DNA from: a virus
Taxonomy: Duplodnaviria; Caudoviricetes
Direction: 5' to 3' (one strand)
DNA: 43,801 bases
IMG/VR virus record: IMGVR_UViG_3300027697_000035
Location: 1-43,801 of that record
The position numbers and the translations under genes were made by a program. Shown here piece after piece: positions 8,275-18,148 of this stretch (position 1 is the stretch's first letter; each line of letters opens with the position of its first letter). Under the pieces are notes generated by a model. The model saw nothing but the letters and a program-made list of their open reading frames with translations. It had not been told where the DNA came from and made no database searches.

Positions 8275-11200
8275 ACTCTTCTTCCGGTACAAGGGCTTGC
8301 AGATTGCGGACTTCTCTGCTCATCGGCTTACCAAGGTACACGCCATACGTCTGAGCCATCTGACGTTGCTTCACTTGGTATTGTTTTTCCGATTTATGGA
8401 TAGTGTCGGAAGTGATGGGTTTAACGATTGATGCTCCCGGCCCCTTGGTGTTGAAGTTGTGGATTTGCCGGCGGATCTCCAGAATCTCATCAAGGTCGTT
8501 CTCTTGCTTTGCAAGGTTCAAGCGGGCCAGAAGCGCCGTTCGACGTTCCGTTCCATTACGCTGCGCCGACTTCATGATTTCGTTGGCGGCGTAACGGTCG
8601 CCTAGATCTTTGGGCGTGAACCCAAAGAACTGCATAACGAGTTCGTACCCATTCGGGTCGTCCACAAGCTTCACACCTTCCTTAGTCGTCGCCCCCTCGA
8701 TACCAAACCGAATCGATTTCAGCATATTGCGAATAACCGCAGGGAGCATAGCCTCGATGCCTCGCTCTGTGTGCCCCTGCTCGATGTCGTTCATGCCGCG
8801 CCGGAAGTTGTTCACGATACCCATTGCCGGCCCAAGCGCAAGTTCAGCGACGTAGGTAGGCATCCCGACTTCCGCCAAACGCTTCGGGTCGTCGCGCCAG
8901 ACGAGGTCTGTGAAGCCCGTGCGGCTTGAGATGTCCGCACCAGTCAGTTCACTCATAGGCCCGCGTAGCGCCCACGAGGCTTCGCTACGGAGGATGTCGC
9001 CTTCAAGGTCAAATGGCTCGTCGTCGTCCCCGAGGATGGCAGAGGCGATGAGGTTTAGCCCGCCGAAGAACGGCATGCCCTTGATGCCGGCAAAGGTGAA
9101 CGCCATGCCGTTGATGTAACCAAATTGCTTCCGAGCGATGGAGCGTTCTTCCTTGGTGGCCCCGCTGCCGGGGCCGAACGCTTTCGCGAACAGCTTGGAC
9201 GCCAGAAAAATCTGAGCCAAGGCAAACCGCTTGAACGTCCCCACGATCTTGCCAATGTCGGACTGGAACAACGCAGGCCCAGTCTCAGACATCGAAGAGC
9301 CGTTGGCTTCTTCAACCGTCTCAATAGCTTTGGCGGCTGCACGCTCCGCAATTTCTTGGTCTGAGAGCTTCCCCTGCTTCTTGAGCTTGTTGTACTCAAG
9401 CTTGTACGCCGCGAGGAGGGTTACCTCACGGTTGAAGCGTTCCGAGTTTTGGAATATCCAGCTAAGGTTGTTCTCAACTTTGTTCCATGTGTTGAGGATT
9501 TTGTCAGCCCCGGTCTCTTCCTTCTCGGTCTTGACGCTGTACTCGCGCTGGTACTGGAGGTCTTGTCCAGTAGAACGTCGAATAGCACCGGCATTGACCG
9601 CACGCTGCCACAACTCCTGCATGTGCTTCGGGATGTCTGGACGAGATCCGTCCTTCCGAGTACCAAAGAACGTGAAGTCGGTAAGCGGCTTCCCAGTGAA
9701 TATATTCTCCATCGTGCTGTTGTTGTCACTGCCCCCACGGAAAAACATCTTGCTGGCTTCTGACATGGCACGGAGGGATTCCCCCGCACCATACTCACCC
9801 GCCAGCAAGCTGTAGGTCACGATGGGAAGCTGCGTCAAGTTGACGACAGCAGAAGAGATGTTGCCGAGCAGGAAGAACCGATAGCTGTTGTAGCCAACAA
9901 ACGAAGCGATCTTGCCCCAAGTGCCCTTCTGCATCGGGGACTTCATGTACCCCTCTCGCTTGATCAGAGAGGCATCAATGGCCTTCATAATCCAAGAAGT
10001 GGTCTTACCCTCAGTACTTATCAACCCCTTTGCTTCAGAAAGCGCATCGTCAATCTTGGTCACATGGTCGAACTGCACGACGTTCATCGCCATGCGAGTG
10101 CCCACATCAGCCAGCGCCGACAGCGCATCCTCCCGGTAACCCAGCTTGCCTTCACGAGGACGGAACTGCTGCATCACCGAGTTCGACGGGAAGAAGTTGA
10201 GATAAGACTGGAACACCGCGTCTATCACGCTCGAATCGACGTTCTTCTCTTTGAGGAGCTTGATGACTTCCTTGAACTGACTGGTCGGCGGCAGCTTGTC
10301 CACATCGAGGTCGGTGATGCGCTCAAAGTCGATGATGTCCTTGGCTTTGATACCCTGCGATAAAATCTGGGCACGATACCGACGACGTTCTCCGGGGGTT
10401 TCAAACGCGAGGATGTTCTCCTGACCTTTGGAGTCGATGAACTGCATCCAGTAGTCGCCCTTGCGCCACAGCGGGAAGTACGGATTAAGCTGCCGCTCCA
10501 GCATCTGGATGAGGATTTTGTTACCAGTTCCCAGAGCGCCCACCTTGTCAGAGACTTCTTGGATCAAACCTCTGAATTTAGCGCCATACTCGGCGTAAAT
10601 ATCCCGCAAGTCGTAGTACAGCTTCTGTACATCCGCCGGCAGCGCATCGAAATCCCGTTTGAGGTCTACCCACTGCTGGTACTTCTCAGGCTCATCTGCC
10701 TGCATTTTCTGCAACTCAGTGGGGGTCGCTTGGAAGTTAAGCTGGTCTCTCGTGGAGTCATGCACGATCCGGTCAAATTCCTTCTTAACCTTTAGCGGGT
10801 GCTTGTTGAACAGCTTCTTAGCGGCATCGATAAACTTCTCGATGCGCTCGCGCTGCCGGTCAATCTCGGCGTTGCGTTCCGCAATGCGGTCTCGCAAGGA
10901 CAATATGGATTTACCCAAGTCAGGGCTGACCAGAGTAGCCACATCCGCTAGCTGCTTAAGACTTAGTAAGCTAAACGCAAGGTCACGCATGACCTCGGAG
11001 AAATTGACGACCTTGTCGAGGAACCATTTGGCGATATCGCGCCCTGCCCATACGGGCATTTTGTCGATGAGATCGTCAAGATACGTGAACACCGCGTCTT
11101 TAATCTTGTCGGCGTTCTTTGCAAGGTCAGTGGACTTATCCAACCGCTCCGCAGGATCAAACGTCCGCTTCACCGACTCCGCTACAGGGCGCTCACGCGG

Positions 11201-14200
11201 GATGTATTCCTTGGGCGCAGGAGCAGCGGGGGGCGCGGGGGGAGGCGTAGCCGACTCACTTGGTGCAGTCTCAAGCGACATAGGCGGCGAAGGAGTAGCC
11301 CCCGGAGAAATTGATTTAATGAACTGCTCAATTTCTGCTTCCGGGATCGAGAAGAAGTCAGAAGACACGCGCAGTAGCTGAGACAGGGCGGTATTAGCCC
11401 GTGCCGGTATACCGAGAAGGTCTCGGATGAGGTCTATGAACTTGTCAAAAACAGTTTGATTGGTTGCGGGATATGAAATGCTATCCAAAAACTTTTGCGT
11501 ATGAACATTACTCAACGCAGTAGCGATGAACTCATGTTCGTTTTTCATCCCATATTCAGCAAAAAACCCAAATTTCTGCTTTATCTGGTCGCGGGTCATT
11601 TTGTGCGGCCCGCCGGCTTTTTGAACCTCTTTGTCTACATATCGATACAGTTCTACAAGTCCATCAGCCGCAAGTCGTGCTTTAGGCGACGCTACTTTAG
11701 AAACATTTAACCGATTGCGGGTAAGAAGCACCGCCGCTGCGTGAACGTACTCATGAATGATGGTTTCCGGGGTTACCCCAATTTCATCAGACCCCGTAGC
11801 CCGGTCAGTGCCACTTATGAAGATAAAAGTTTTCTTCTCGTCACCCGGCGTCCAAACAACTCCATTATAACTTTGCTTTAAAACATTCCCAAGTGTGTCG
11901 TTAACTGTAGACCCATATGAAGATTTATAAGTAATTTTTTCGTTTTTATTTGCGTCATTTACAATTGCAAATTCAAACTTTTGTCCCGCTTTTTCCAGCT
12001 TTTCTATCATCTGCGCCAGACGAGTAGAAATGACGCGGTACGATTTATTCGGTGTAATTGCGGCGATATGCCGAATTACTTCAAGCGGGGATTTACCTTT
12101 AAGGTCTTGTTCTAGAGCAATAGATTCTTGGTATTTTTTATACTCAACAGAATTAGGGTTTGAGTGAGCATGTCGTTTTCTAACCGAACTACTAGCTTCT
12201 GTAATTGAACGGTCTTCAGTCACTTCCAACGGCTTCACTAATCCATTGGAAATCCGAGCGTCAGAAATTTCCTGCGCGTAATTAGCAAGAATTTCCGGCA
12301 CCGATTCCGGCATTTGATTTGCGGATTTCAATTTCTCCGCAATCTCGTAAGAAGTCAGAGGGGCACCCTTGGCTTGAGCGCCCTGTCGAGCTAGATTAAC
12401 AATCTGCTTAACGGGGTCGCTAACCTGCGGGTCTGGACTATTTACCAACGCTTCATGGCGTTGTTTAGCTGCATCGACTTTCGCCGCATCAGTAAAGTCG
12501 CTCTCAACTTCCTGCTCTTCTTGCGCCTCGGCAAGCTGGCGAGTCTCCGCTACGATTTCATTAATCCGACGCTGCTCATCCGGGGTAGAGTTGGGGAACA
12601 GCGTGTTCAAACTCTGCAACGTCTTCCGTGCAATCTGCGGGTCTGAAATGTCCGCATCGACCAGTAGCTGATGGACACCCGTGTCGGTGTCAAACCCTTT
12701 GTTGGCAAGATAATCAGCCGTAAACGGGGTCGTAATAGCGGGCGGCGGAAATGCCGTAGTGGTCACAGTCGGCCCAGTCGGCGGGGGAGGCTTAGTGCCG
12801 CCAAGGGGAGGATAGCCGCCCGAAGCGTATTCCGCTTGAAGCTCCGGCACTTTGGCGATGATGTCTGTGATCAGCTTCAACCGCGCAGGGGTCGCCGTCT
12901 GGGAGAACAACACCAAAGAACTAATTACTGATGGAGTGTTATTTCTAAAATCTTGGCTAACAAGTAAGTCGTAAAAAGGCTTGTTAGTTTTGGTATCACT
13001 TACACCAAGACTTCTGAGATAGCCGGGGGTGAACACACCCGTAGCTTTGGACGTTTTAACATCCTTCACATACCCCAAAGAAGAAGAGTCAATCTTGGAT
13101 TGCAGGTGCGCCGCAAGCTCCGGGTTCAGATTCCCCGAAGGATGGTTTGTGATGAAGTCAATCTTGCTCGTCATCTCGTCAAGAATGGCTTCGTCTGTGG
13201 CCTCGTCTACACCAACTTTTCTCCCTTTGAGAAGTCGGGTCAAATAGTCGGAGTACTGGGACTTATCAATCCCAGCAACGATGGCTTCCGGTCTGAAGTT
13301 AGGATGGTTTTGCCGCAGTTCGTTGATTTTTTCTGCAAATTGCAGAAGTTGCTCGTCAGTCTGTAACCCCGGAATCTTGGAATGATTGCGCGCAGCAATG
13401 TCCAATAGCTCATCAAGCTTCTCTACATCCAACCCTTTGAGAGGCTTATTGAAGTCCAAATACGAAAATTTCTGGTCGTCAGGAACCCCAGCGTTATATT
13501 CTTTGATGAACTTGCCAAACGCTTTGTTGACATCGTCTTGTTTGTTAGACCACACCCCAACATCAAACAGAGCATCTCCGATGGTGTAGTCTTGGGGATT
13601 CTTCTTAGTGGTGGTCGGCGGCGTAGCGCCCCCAGTCGTACCCGGAGTTGTGGTGGATTTGGGGGTTTTGAGCAATAGCTCCCGCGCTTTTAGTTCATCA
13701 ATTTTTTTCTGGACGCGACCGACTTCAATTTGCAGTTTTGCGTCTTTTGGATTCGCGGTCGCATTTGCCCGTGCGGTTTGAAGCTCTGCATCTAAGTCCA
13801 GCAGCTTCTGGGGAATCCCAGCAAGCTCCGCAGCCTCATCTGCAATCCGCTTGGCCTCTTCTTCTTCCGCTTTAACCCGAGCTTCTTCCGCCGCTACGGC
13901 TTCTTCCTGACGGGTGATTTCGCCACGCTCACGGGCGTACTTCCCAACCCCTTCGCCAGCCCCAAAGACGCCACCAGCCACTGCACCGCGCACACCGCTT
14001 TCGAGCAAACGGTCGAACTCTTCCGTCCCCCATGCTTCTTGGGTTTCCCCGACAATGCGTTCAGCTTCAATGGAGATAGCTTCCTGCGCCGCTTCGGTCA
14101 GACCTTCAGTGCCGACGCCCTTGGCAGCGCCCATTGCGCCGCTCTTAAGCGCGGGAAGTAGTCCAGACTTAACCCCCTTATTTTCCGCAATCCTCGCGGC

Positions 14201-15157
14201 AATCTCGGCCTTGAGTGCGGGGTTATTCCGCACGACTTTAAGAAGCTTGGCAGGGAGGATGGAGTCCAGCGCACCGCCAATAGCGCCACCGATAAGGGCT
14301 GCACCGGGGGCGAGGTCGCCGCCCGTTTGGTCGTAGATGTTCTGGAAGATTTCGGGCGCATTCTGCGCCACAGAGCCAAGATACAGGCCCGCCATTGCAC
14401 CCGTATCAGCAGCCTTATCTCCGAGCGTCTTCGGCAGCAGCCGCTTCATGCTCTCTGCGGAGGCTTCGATAGCCTCGGGGGTGACGACGCCTTTGATCGC
14501 CTCTGGGGTGGTAGCGGCGCTACGCGCAGCTTGCAGCATATCCTCCGTTGCCGGCCCTTGGTTAAGAAGCTGTTCTTGCGCCTCCTTCCCAAGTTTGCGT
14601 TCCGCCGCGCCCGCAAGCCGCTTCTCAGCCAGCCCAGCAAGTTGTTTCTCAGCCGCGCCGACAACTGCCCGACGCCCTACAGTCGCACCGACACCGCCGG
14701 GGATAAGTGACGTTAAGAGGTTAGGAACCTGCTCACCAATCGTTTCAGCAGCAAACGGAAGCCAATCCCCCGGCCCTTTAACGTCACTGAGAGATTCAAA
14801 CTGGGCGCGGTTAGTGCGCCGCAATTGCTCTTCCGTAGCCGCCGCTTCTTCCATCTGCCGCTTGGCATAGTCGTCAAACCCAAGCGCACTCGCCCCCAGT
14901 GCGGGGAGAACGTCACCGAACGTCGAGCCTAGCCGAGTGAACCCGCGAGAGACGCCAGAACCAAAAGCGTCAAACGCCCCACGCTGGGGTTTATATTTGG
15001 CAAAAACATCCTCTTCTTCCTCCGGCTCCGCAACTGGAGCGGGTTCATACCCTAGTTGTTTCTGCACATACTTAACTATATCTTCTTGCGGAGTCCCTTC
15101 GGGGGCGTTTACGTTGTATTCCTTGCCGTCAGCGGCAGTGACGATATATTTAGGCAT
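8273..15157 (-). CDS. giant internal virion / DNA ejection protein (2294 aa), polyvalent-protein-like, with HExxH metallopeptidase module
   Basis: Last and largest gene of the structural region; Ala/Gly-rich hydrophobic N-terminal segments, Pro/Thr linkers, TIIHEYVHAA...NEHEFIA motif, helical C-terminal region. Confidence 0.75.
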   Translation of the reverse strand: MPKYIVTAADGKEYNVNAPEGTPQEDIVKYVQKQLGYEPAPVAEPEEEEDVFAKYKPQRGAFDAFGSGVSRGFTRLGSTFGDVLPALGASALGFDDYAKRQMEEAAATEEQLRRTNRAQFESLSDVKGPGDWLPFAAETIGEQVPNLLTSLIPGGVGATVGRRAVVGAAEKQLAGLAEKRLAGAAERKLGKEAQEQLLNQGPATEDMLQAARSAATTPEAIKGVVTPEAIEASAESMKRLLPKTLGDKAADTGAMAGLYLGSVAQNAPEIFQNIYDQTGGDLAPGAALIGGAIGGALDSILPAKLLKVVRNNPALKAEIAARIAENKGVKSGLLPALKSGAMGAAKGVGTEGLTEAAQEAISIEAERIVGETQEAWGTEEFDRLLESGVRGAVAGGVFGAGEGVGKYARERGEITRQEEAVAAEEARVKAEEEEAKRIADEAAELAGIPQKLLDLDAELQTARANATANPKDAKLQIEVGRVQKKIDELKARELLLKTPKSTTTPGTTGGATPPTTTKKNPQDYTIGDALFDVGVWSNKQDDVNKAFGKFIKEYNAGVPDDQKFSYLDFNKPLKGLDVEKLDELLDIAARNHSKIPGLQTDEQLLQFAEKINELRQNHPNFRPEAIVAGIDKSQYSDYLTRLLKGRKVGVDEATDEAILDEMTSKIDFITNHPSGNLNPELAAHLQSKIDSSSLGYVKDVKTSKATGVFTPGYLRSLGVSDTKTNKPFYDLLVSQDFRNNTPSVISSLVLFSQTATPARLKLITDIIAKVPELQAEYASGGYPPLGGTKPPPPTGPTVTTTAFPPPAITTPFTADYLANKGFDTDTGVHQLLVDADISDPQIARKTLQSLNTLFPNSTPDEQRRINEIVAETRQLAEAQEEQEVESDFTDAAKVDAAKQRHEALVNSPDPQVSDPVKQIVNLARQGAQAKGAPLTSYEIAEKLKSANQMPESVPEILANYAQEISDARISNGLVKPLEVTEDRSITEASSSVRKRHAHSNPNSVEYKKYQESIALEQDLKGKSPLEVIRHIAAITPNKSYRVISTRLAQMIEKLEKAGQKFEFAIVNDANKNEKITYKSSYGSTVNDTLGNVLKQSYNGVVWTPGDEKKTFIFISGTDRATGSDEIGVTPETIIHEYVHAAAVLLTRNRLNVSKVASPKARLAADGLVELYRYVDKEVQKAGGPHKMTRDQIKQKFGFFAEYGMKNEHEFIATALSNVHTQKFLDSISYPATNQTVFDKFIDLIRDLLGIPARANTALSQLLRVSSDFFSIPEAEIEQFIKSISPGATPSPPMSLETAPSESATPPPAPPAAPAPKEYIPRERPVAESVKRTFDPAERLDKSTDLAKNADKIKDAVFTYLDDLIDKMPVWAGRDIAKWFLDKVVNFSEVMRDLAFSLLSLKQLADVATLVSPDLGKSILSLRDRIAERNAEIDRQRERIEKFIDAAKKLFNKHPLKVKKEFDRIVHDSTRDQLNFQATPTELQKMQADEPEKYQQWVDLKRDFDALPADVQKLYYDLRDIYAEYGAKFRGLIQEVSDKVGALGTGNKILIQMLERQLNPYFPLWRKGDYWMQFIDSKGQENILAFETPGERRRYRAQILSQGIKAKDIIDFERITDLDVDKLPPTSQFKEVIKLLKEKNVDSSVIDAVFQSYLNFFPSNSVMQQFRPREGKLGYREDALSALADVGTRMAMNVVQFDHVTKIDDALSEAKGLISTEGKTTSWIMKAIDASLIKREGYMKSPMQKGTWGKIASFVGYNSYRFFLLGNISSAVVNLTQLPIVTYSLLAGEYGAGESLRAMSEASKMFFRGGSDNNSTMENIFTGKPLTDFTFFGTRKDGSRPDIPKHMQELWQRAVNAGAIRRSTGQDLQYQREYSVKTEKEETGADKILNTWNKVENNLSWIFQNSERFNREVTLLAAYKLEYNKLKKQGKLSDQEIAERAAAKAIETVEEANGSSMSETGPALFQSDIGKIVGTFKRFALAQIFLASKLFAKAFGPGSGATKEERSIARKQFGYINGMAFTFAGIKGMPFFGGLNLIASAILGDDDEPFDLEGDILRSEASWALRGPMSELTGADISSRTGFTDLVWRDDPKRLAEVGMPTYVAELALGPAMGIVNNFRRGMNDIEQGHTERGIEAMLPAVIRNMLKSIRFGIEGATTKEGVKLVDDPNGYELVMQFFGFTPKDLGDRYAANEIMKSAQRNGTERRTALLARLNLAKQENDLDEILEIRRQIHNFNTKGPGASIVKPITSDTIHKSEKQYQVKQRQMAQTYGVYLGKPMSREVRNLQALVPEEE

Positions 15158-15173
15158 GTGTAGGGACTACCAA

Positions 15174-16862
15174 TTAAGGAGCGGGACGGATACTGACAAT
15201 ACCCTTCGGAGGAGAATTTTGAGTATTGTATAATTGATAAGCTTGCATCACTGGGCCAAGTTGTTCGCGCAGTAATTGATTTACTCGTGTTTTCCGCTCT
15301 TCTGGACTTAGTTTAATTTTTTGCGTAGCTTCTTCTTGAGCCACCCGCGCTTCAATCTCGGGCATTAGCGGAGCCGCTGTTTTAAGGAACGCATCGGGGG
15401 TAAGTCGCCCTTCTTTACTCGCTTTAATAGTTTCCAAAAGTACAGCGTTTTGGTTGTCGTCCAGATTTTTCTGAAGTCCAATTTGCGCGACTTTCATTTG
15501 AATAGCGGCGGTTAAATTAGCCTGCTCCATTTCTCTCTGAGCCTGCGCTGCACCGACTTCTGCCTCATAGGCTTTGAGGGTCATCCCGGTATTGGCTTCA
15601 AACAGTTTAGCCGCCAAAGCAGCCTGTTCAGCCCTAATAGCCGATTCATTCTGGGCTTTAAGCTGCATAGCCGCATCCACCTGCCCCGCAGCCGCCGTTT
15701 GCTTGATTTCGTCTTCGCGAAGCATTCTATCCTTAAGTTTTTCCCGCGCTTCACGGATTCCTTGCATGGACGTATCAAACCCTTCGACGCCTTTCTTAGC
15801 CCCAGCAGTCAAACCTTTTAGGAACCCGCCCGGAGTGCCCGCCATTTCAAGGAACGCTGACGGAAGTACTTTTGTGAGCAGTTCTCCCGTTGCACGGTCG
15901 CCCAGTTCGCTTACGTCTTTCTGATAGCCTTCTTTGCGCTTTTTGAAGAAATCGGGATCGAAGTCAGGATTAGCCTTCTGGGCTGCAAGTCGAGTTTTGG
16001 CAATATCCTCAAACGACATCGCAGGCGTAGCGTTAGCTTTTGCAGCGGCTTCGTATTTTGCTAAATCGGCGGTCAATTCTTTTCGAGTATCGCCAAATCC
16101 GGGGTAACCCGAATTAGTAAGCGTAGGCACTTTAAACATGTCATTATTAAACATGTCGCTAACTTCGCGGGGATCTATCGTGATTTTGGAATCAGATGCT
16201 TTGGATTTTGTCCCCGGAACCAACTGCCTATATGGAAAATTATACGGAGTACCTTGAGGTTCTTCTTTACGCTGCGGTTTATCAACCCGAATTCTTTCCG
16301 GGTTTGAAGGGGCGGAAACGCTAGCCCACCAATCTGGAATATCTTCCCCAATAAATTCGGGAATAAAAGACCTATTTCTATATTCCTTAGAAGGGTCTGT
16401 ACTGTAGTACCCACCTTCTTGAAATGCCACGATCCCACCTTCCTCGTAGCGCGGCTCATAGGGAAGCGAAGCGACCCCATAGTCGTGAACGTGCCCACCA
16501 GCCTGCATAGCCTGCGGGGGCATCTGAGGCGCAGCCTGAGCCATCTGGGGAGCCATCTGGGGAGCCATCTGGGGAGCCATCTGGGGAGGCATCTGGGGAG
16601 GCATAGCCATCCCCGGCGGCATTGCAGCGGCGATACCCTGCGGAGGCATAGGAGGTTGCATCAACGCCTGCGCCACACGATCTGTTACCGTACCCTGCGG
16701 CGGCGGGGGCTTGGGTTGCTGCATTTCCTTTAGCTGCGCCAACCGCGAAGTCACCAAGTACAGATAAGGATTGTTCTTATCTTGCAGCATGGACATCAAC
16801 TGCTGGGGAGACATCCGCGACAGAGCGGCGTTAACTTTTTCAACTTGCTGATTAATAGGCAT
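15174..16862 (-). CDS. putative internal virion / ejection protein (562 aa)
   Basis: Position before the giant gene; P/Q/M-rich N-terminus, three [MFY]xxGG motifs, Ala/Lys/Glu-rich helical C-terminal half. Confidence 0.6.
   Translation of the reverse strand: MPINQQVEKVNAALSRMSPQQLMSMLQDKNNPYLYLVTSRLAQLKEMQQPKPPPPQGTVTDRVAQALMQPPMPPQGIAAAMPPGMAMPPQMPPQMAPQMAPQMAPQMAQAAPQMPPQAMQAGGHVHDYGVASLPYEPRYEEGGIVAFQEGGYYSTDPSKEYRNRSFIPEFIGEDIPDWWASVSAPSNPERIRVDKPQRKEEPQGTPYNFPYRQLVPGTKSKASDSKITIDPREVSDMFNNDMFKVPTLTNSGYPGFGDTRKELTADLAKYEAAAKANATPAMSFEDIAKTRLAAQKANPDFDPDFFKKRKEGYQKDVSELGDRATGELLTKVLPSAFLEMAGTPGGFLKGLTAGAKKGVEGFDTSMQGIREAREKLKDRMLREDEIKQTAAAGQVDAAMQLKAQNESAIRAEQAALAAKLFEANTGMTLKAYEAEVGAAQAQREMEQANLTAAIQMKVAQIGLQKNLDDNQNAVLLETIKASKEGRLTPDAFLKTAAPLMPEIEARVAQEEATQKIKLSPEERKTRVNQLLREQLGPVMQAYQLYNTQNSPPKGIVSIRPAP
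16538..16604. repeat. 12-bp tandem repeat (~5.6 copies) encoding PQMA/PQMP
   Basis: GAGCCATCTGGG x4, then GAGGCATCTGGG and a partial copy. Confidence 0.95.
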
Positions 16863-16885
16863 GACGTAGGTTCCTTAAATAATTA

Positions 16886-18145
16886 TCAGGGCAAGCTATC
16901 GCCCATGCCGCTACCACCACCCGTGCCCCAGAATCCGCCAGCTTTCTTCCAAATGTCTCCGGGGGAGGTAATCCCCGCCTGACCTAACTGCATCGGCAGA
17001 CCAAAGTACATACTGGCAGCGGCACCGGCCAACCCACCAAGCTGACTCATCAGGCTGGGAGTCTGGGAGAATGTCCGTTCCGTACCCGTCTCGGTGCCCG
17101 TCTGCGTTCTGCCTGTAGGAATGGTGGCAAGGATCTGCGCCAACTGCGACGCTTGCTGCTGATTCCACCCACGTTTAGCCAAAGCTTCACTAAGCTTCAA
17201 CGCCATCTTTTGGCTTTCAATATTCCGCTGGTCTGCTCCAGCCGCAGCAAGCGCATTGTATCGGTTCAAGTCCGAAGCTTGACGAGCAGTACCCAACGCA
17301 CCCAACCCCTGCGCCGAACTCAAACCAAGATTAGCTGCAAACTGCCGAGCGTCTTCATTAGCTCTAAACGCATTCAAAGCAGTGTCGGCGTTGAGTCCAT
17401 ACGCTCTTGCCCGTGCGGCTTCGTTCTGTGCAGCGGTAGCTTGGTTCAGCCCGTATGCGCGTTCGCCAGCGCCGATATTGAACTGTTCCGCACCCAACCG
17501 ACGATTAACATCTTCGTTGAATTGCTGACGCGCTTGGTCAAACGCCGCAGCATTGCCTTTGGCAGTGATGTCGGCAATGGTGTTAGCCATGTTCTGGTTA
17601 GCCATTGCGCCCTTCAACGCAGCGCCGCTAGACGACGAATTGGCTCCAAACACCGTCTGTAGCTGGTCTTGGGCGGCTTGCCGGCTACCTTCTCGGATAG
17701 CTTGCTGCCGAGCCTGCTCAGTCACCGCTTCATTGAACGGGTTCATGTACTGTTTGGCGGCTTCCGCTGAAAAATTTTGCGGGACATTGAGGCTTTGAAG
17801 CCCAAAATTACCAAACGCTTGCGGGGCACCATATGCTTCTGGAGCAGCATATTTGTTTGCTTGGTATCCAGCAGCACGGTTGAACAAATCCGACGCCTGC
17901 CCAAATTCTCGGGGGTCTTGCATCCCACGGATACCCGACCATGCAGCCTGCAAATCTGCATTGGGGCCGGCAACATATTGGTTGGGGTTTAGTGCTTTGA
18001 ATGGTTCATTGAACGCATTCATCGCCTTGTTGGCAGCGCCATAGAAATAGCCCTGCATCCGGGGATCGAACGCCAGCGTATTGGTTGTGTTCTTATTAGT
18101 CTCGGTTCTACCGGACTCTTCCATGCCGCCGTCTGTCCAACCCAT
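16886..18145 (-). CDS. putative internal virion / pilot (DNA transfer) protein (419 aa)
   Basis: Gln/Ala/Gly-rich helical protein with YMNPFNEAV motif and a C-terminal hydrophobic LGGLAGAAASMYFG segment, typical of podovirus ejection proteins. Confidence 0.6.
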   Translation of the reverse strand: MGWTDGGMEESGRTETNKNTTNTLAFDPRMQGYFYGAANKAMNAFNEPFKALNPNQYVAGPNADLQAAWSGIRGMQDPREFGQASDLFNRAAGYQANKYAAPEAYGAPQAFGNFGLQSLNVPQNFSAEAAKQYMNPFNEAVTEQARQQAIREGSRQAAQDQLQTVFGANSSSSGAALKGAMANQNMANTIADITAKGNAAAFDQARQQFNEDVNRRLGAEQFNIGAGERAYGLNQATAAQNEAARARAYGLNADTALNAFRANEDARQFAANLGLSSAQGLGALGTARQASDLNRYNALAAAGADQRNIESQKMALKLSEALAKRGWNQQQASQLAQILATIPTGRTQTGTETGTERTFSQTPSLMSQLGGLAGAAASMYFGLPMQLGQAGITSPGDIWKKAGGFWGTGGGSGMGDSLP

Positions 18146-18148
18146 GAC

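Noticed and set aside
7717-8403. ORFs 7717-8292 (-) and 8203-8403 (+) spanning the convergence point
   Set aside because: They cross the intrinsic terminator and overlap real genes on the opposite strand.
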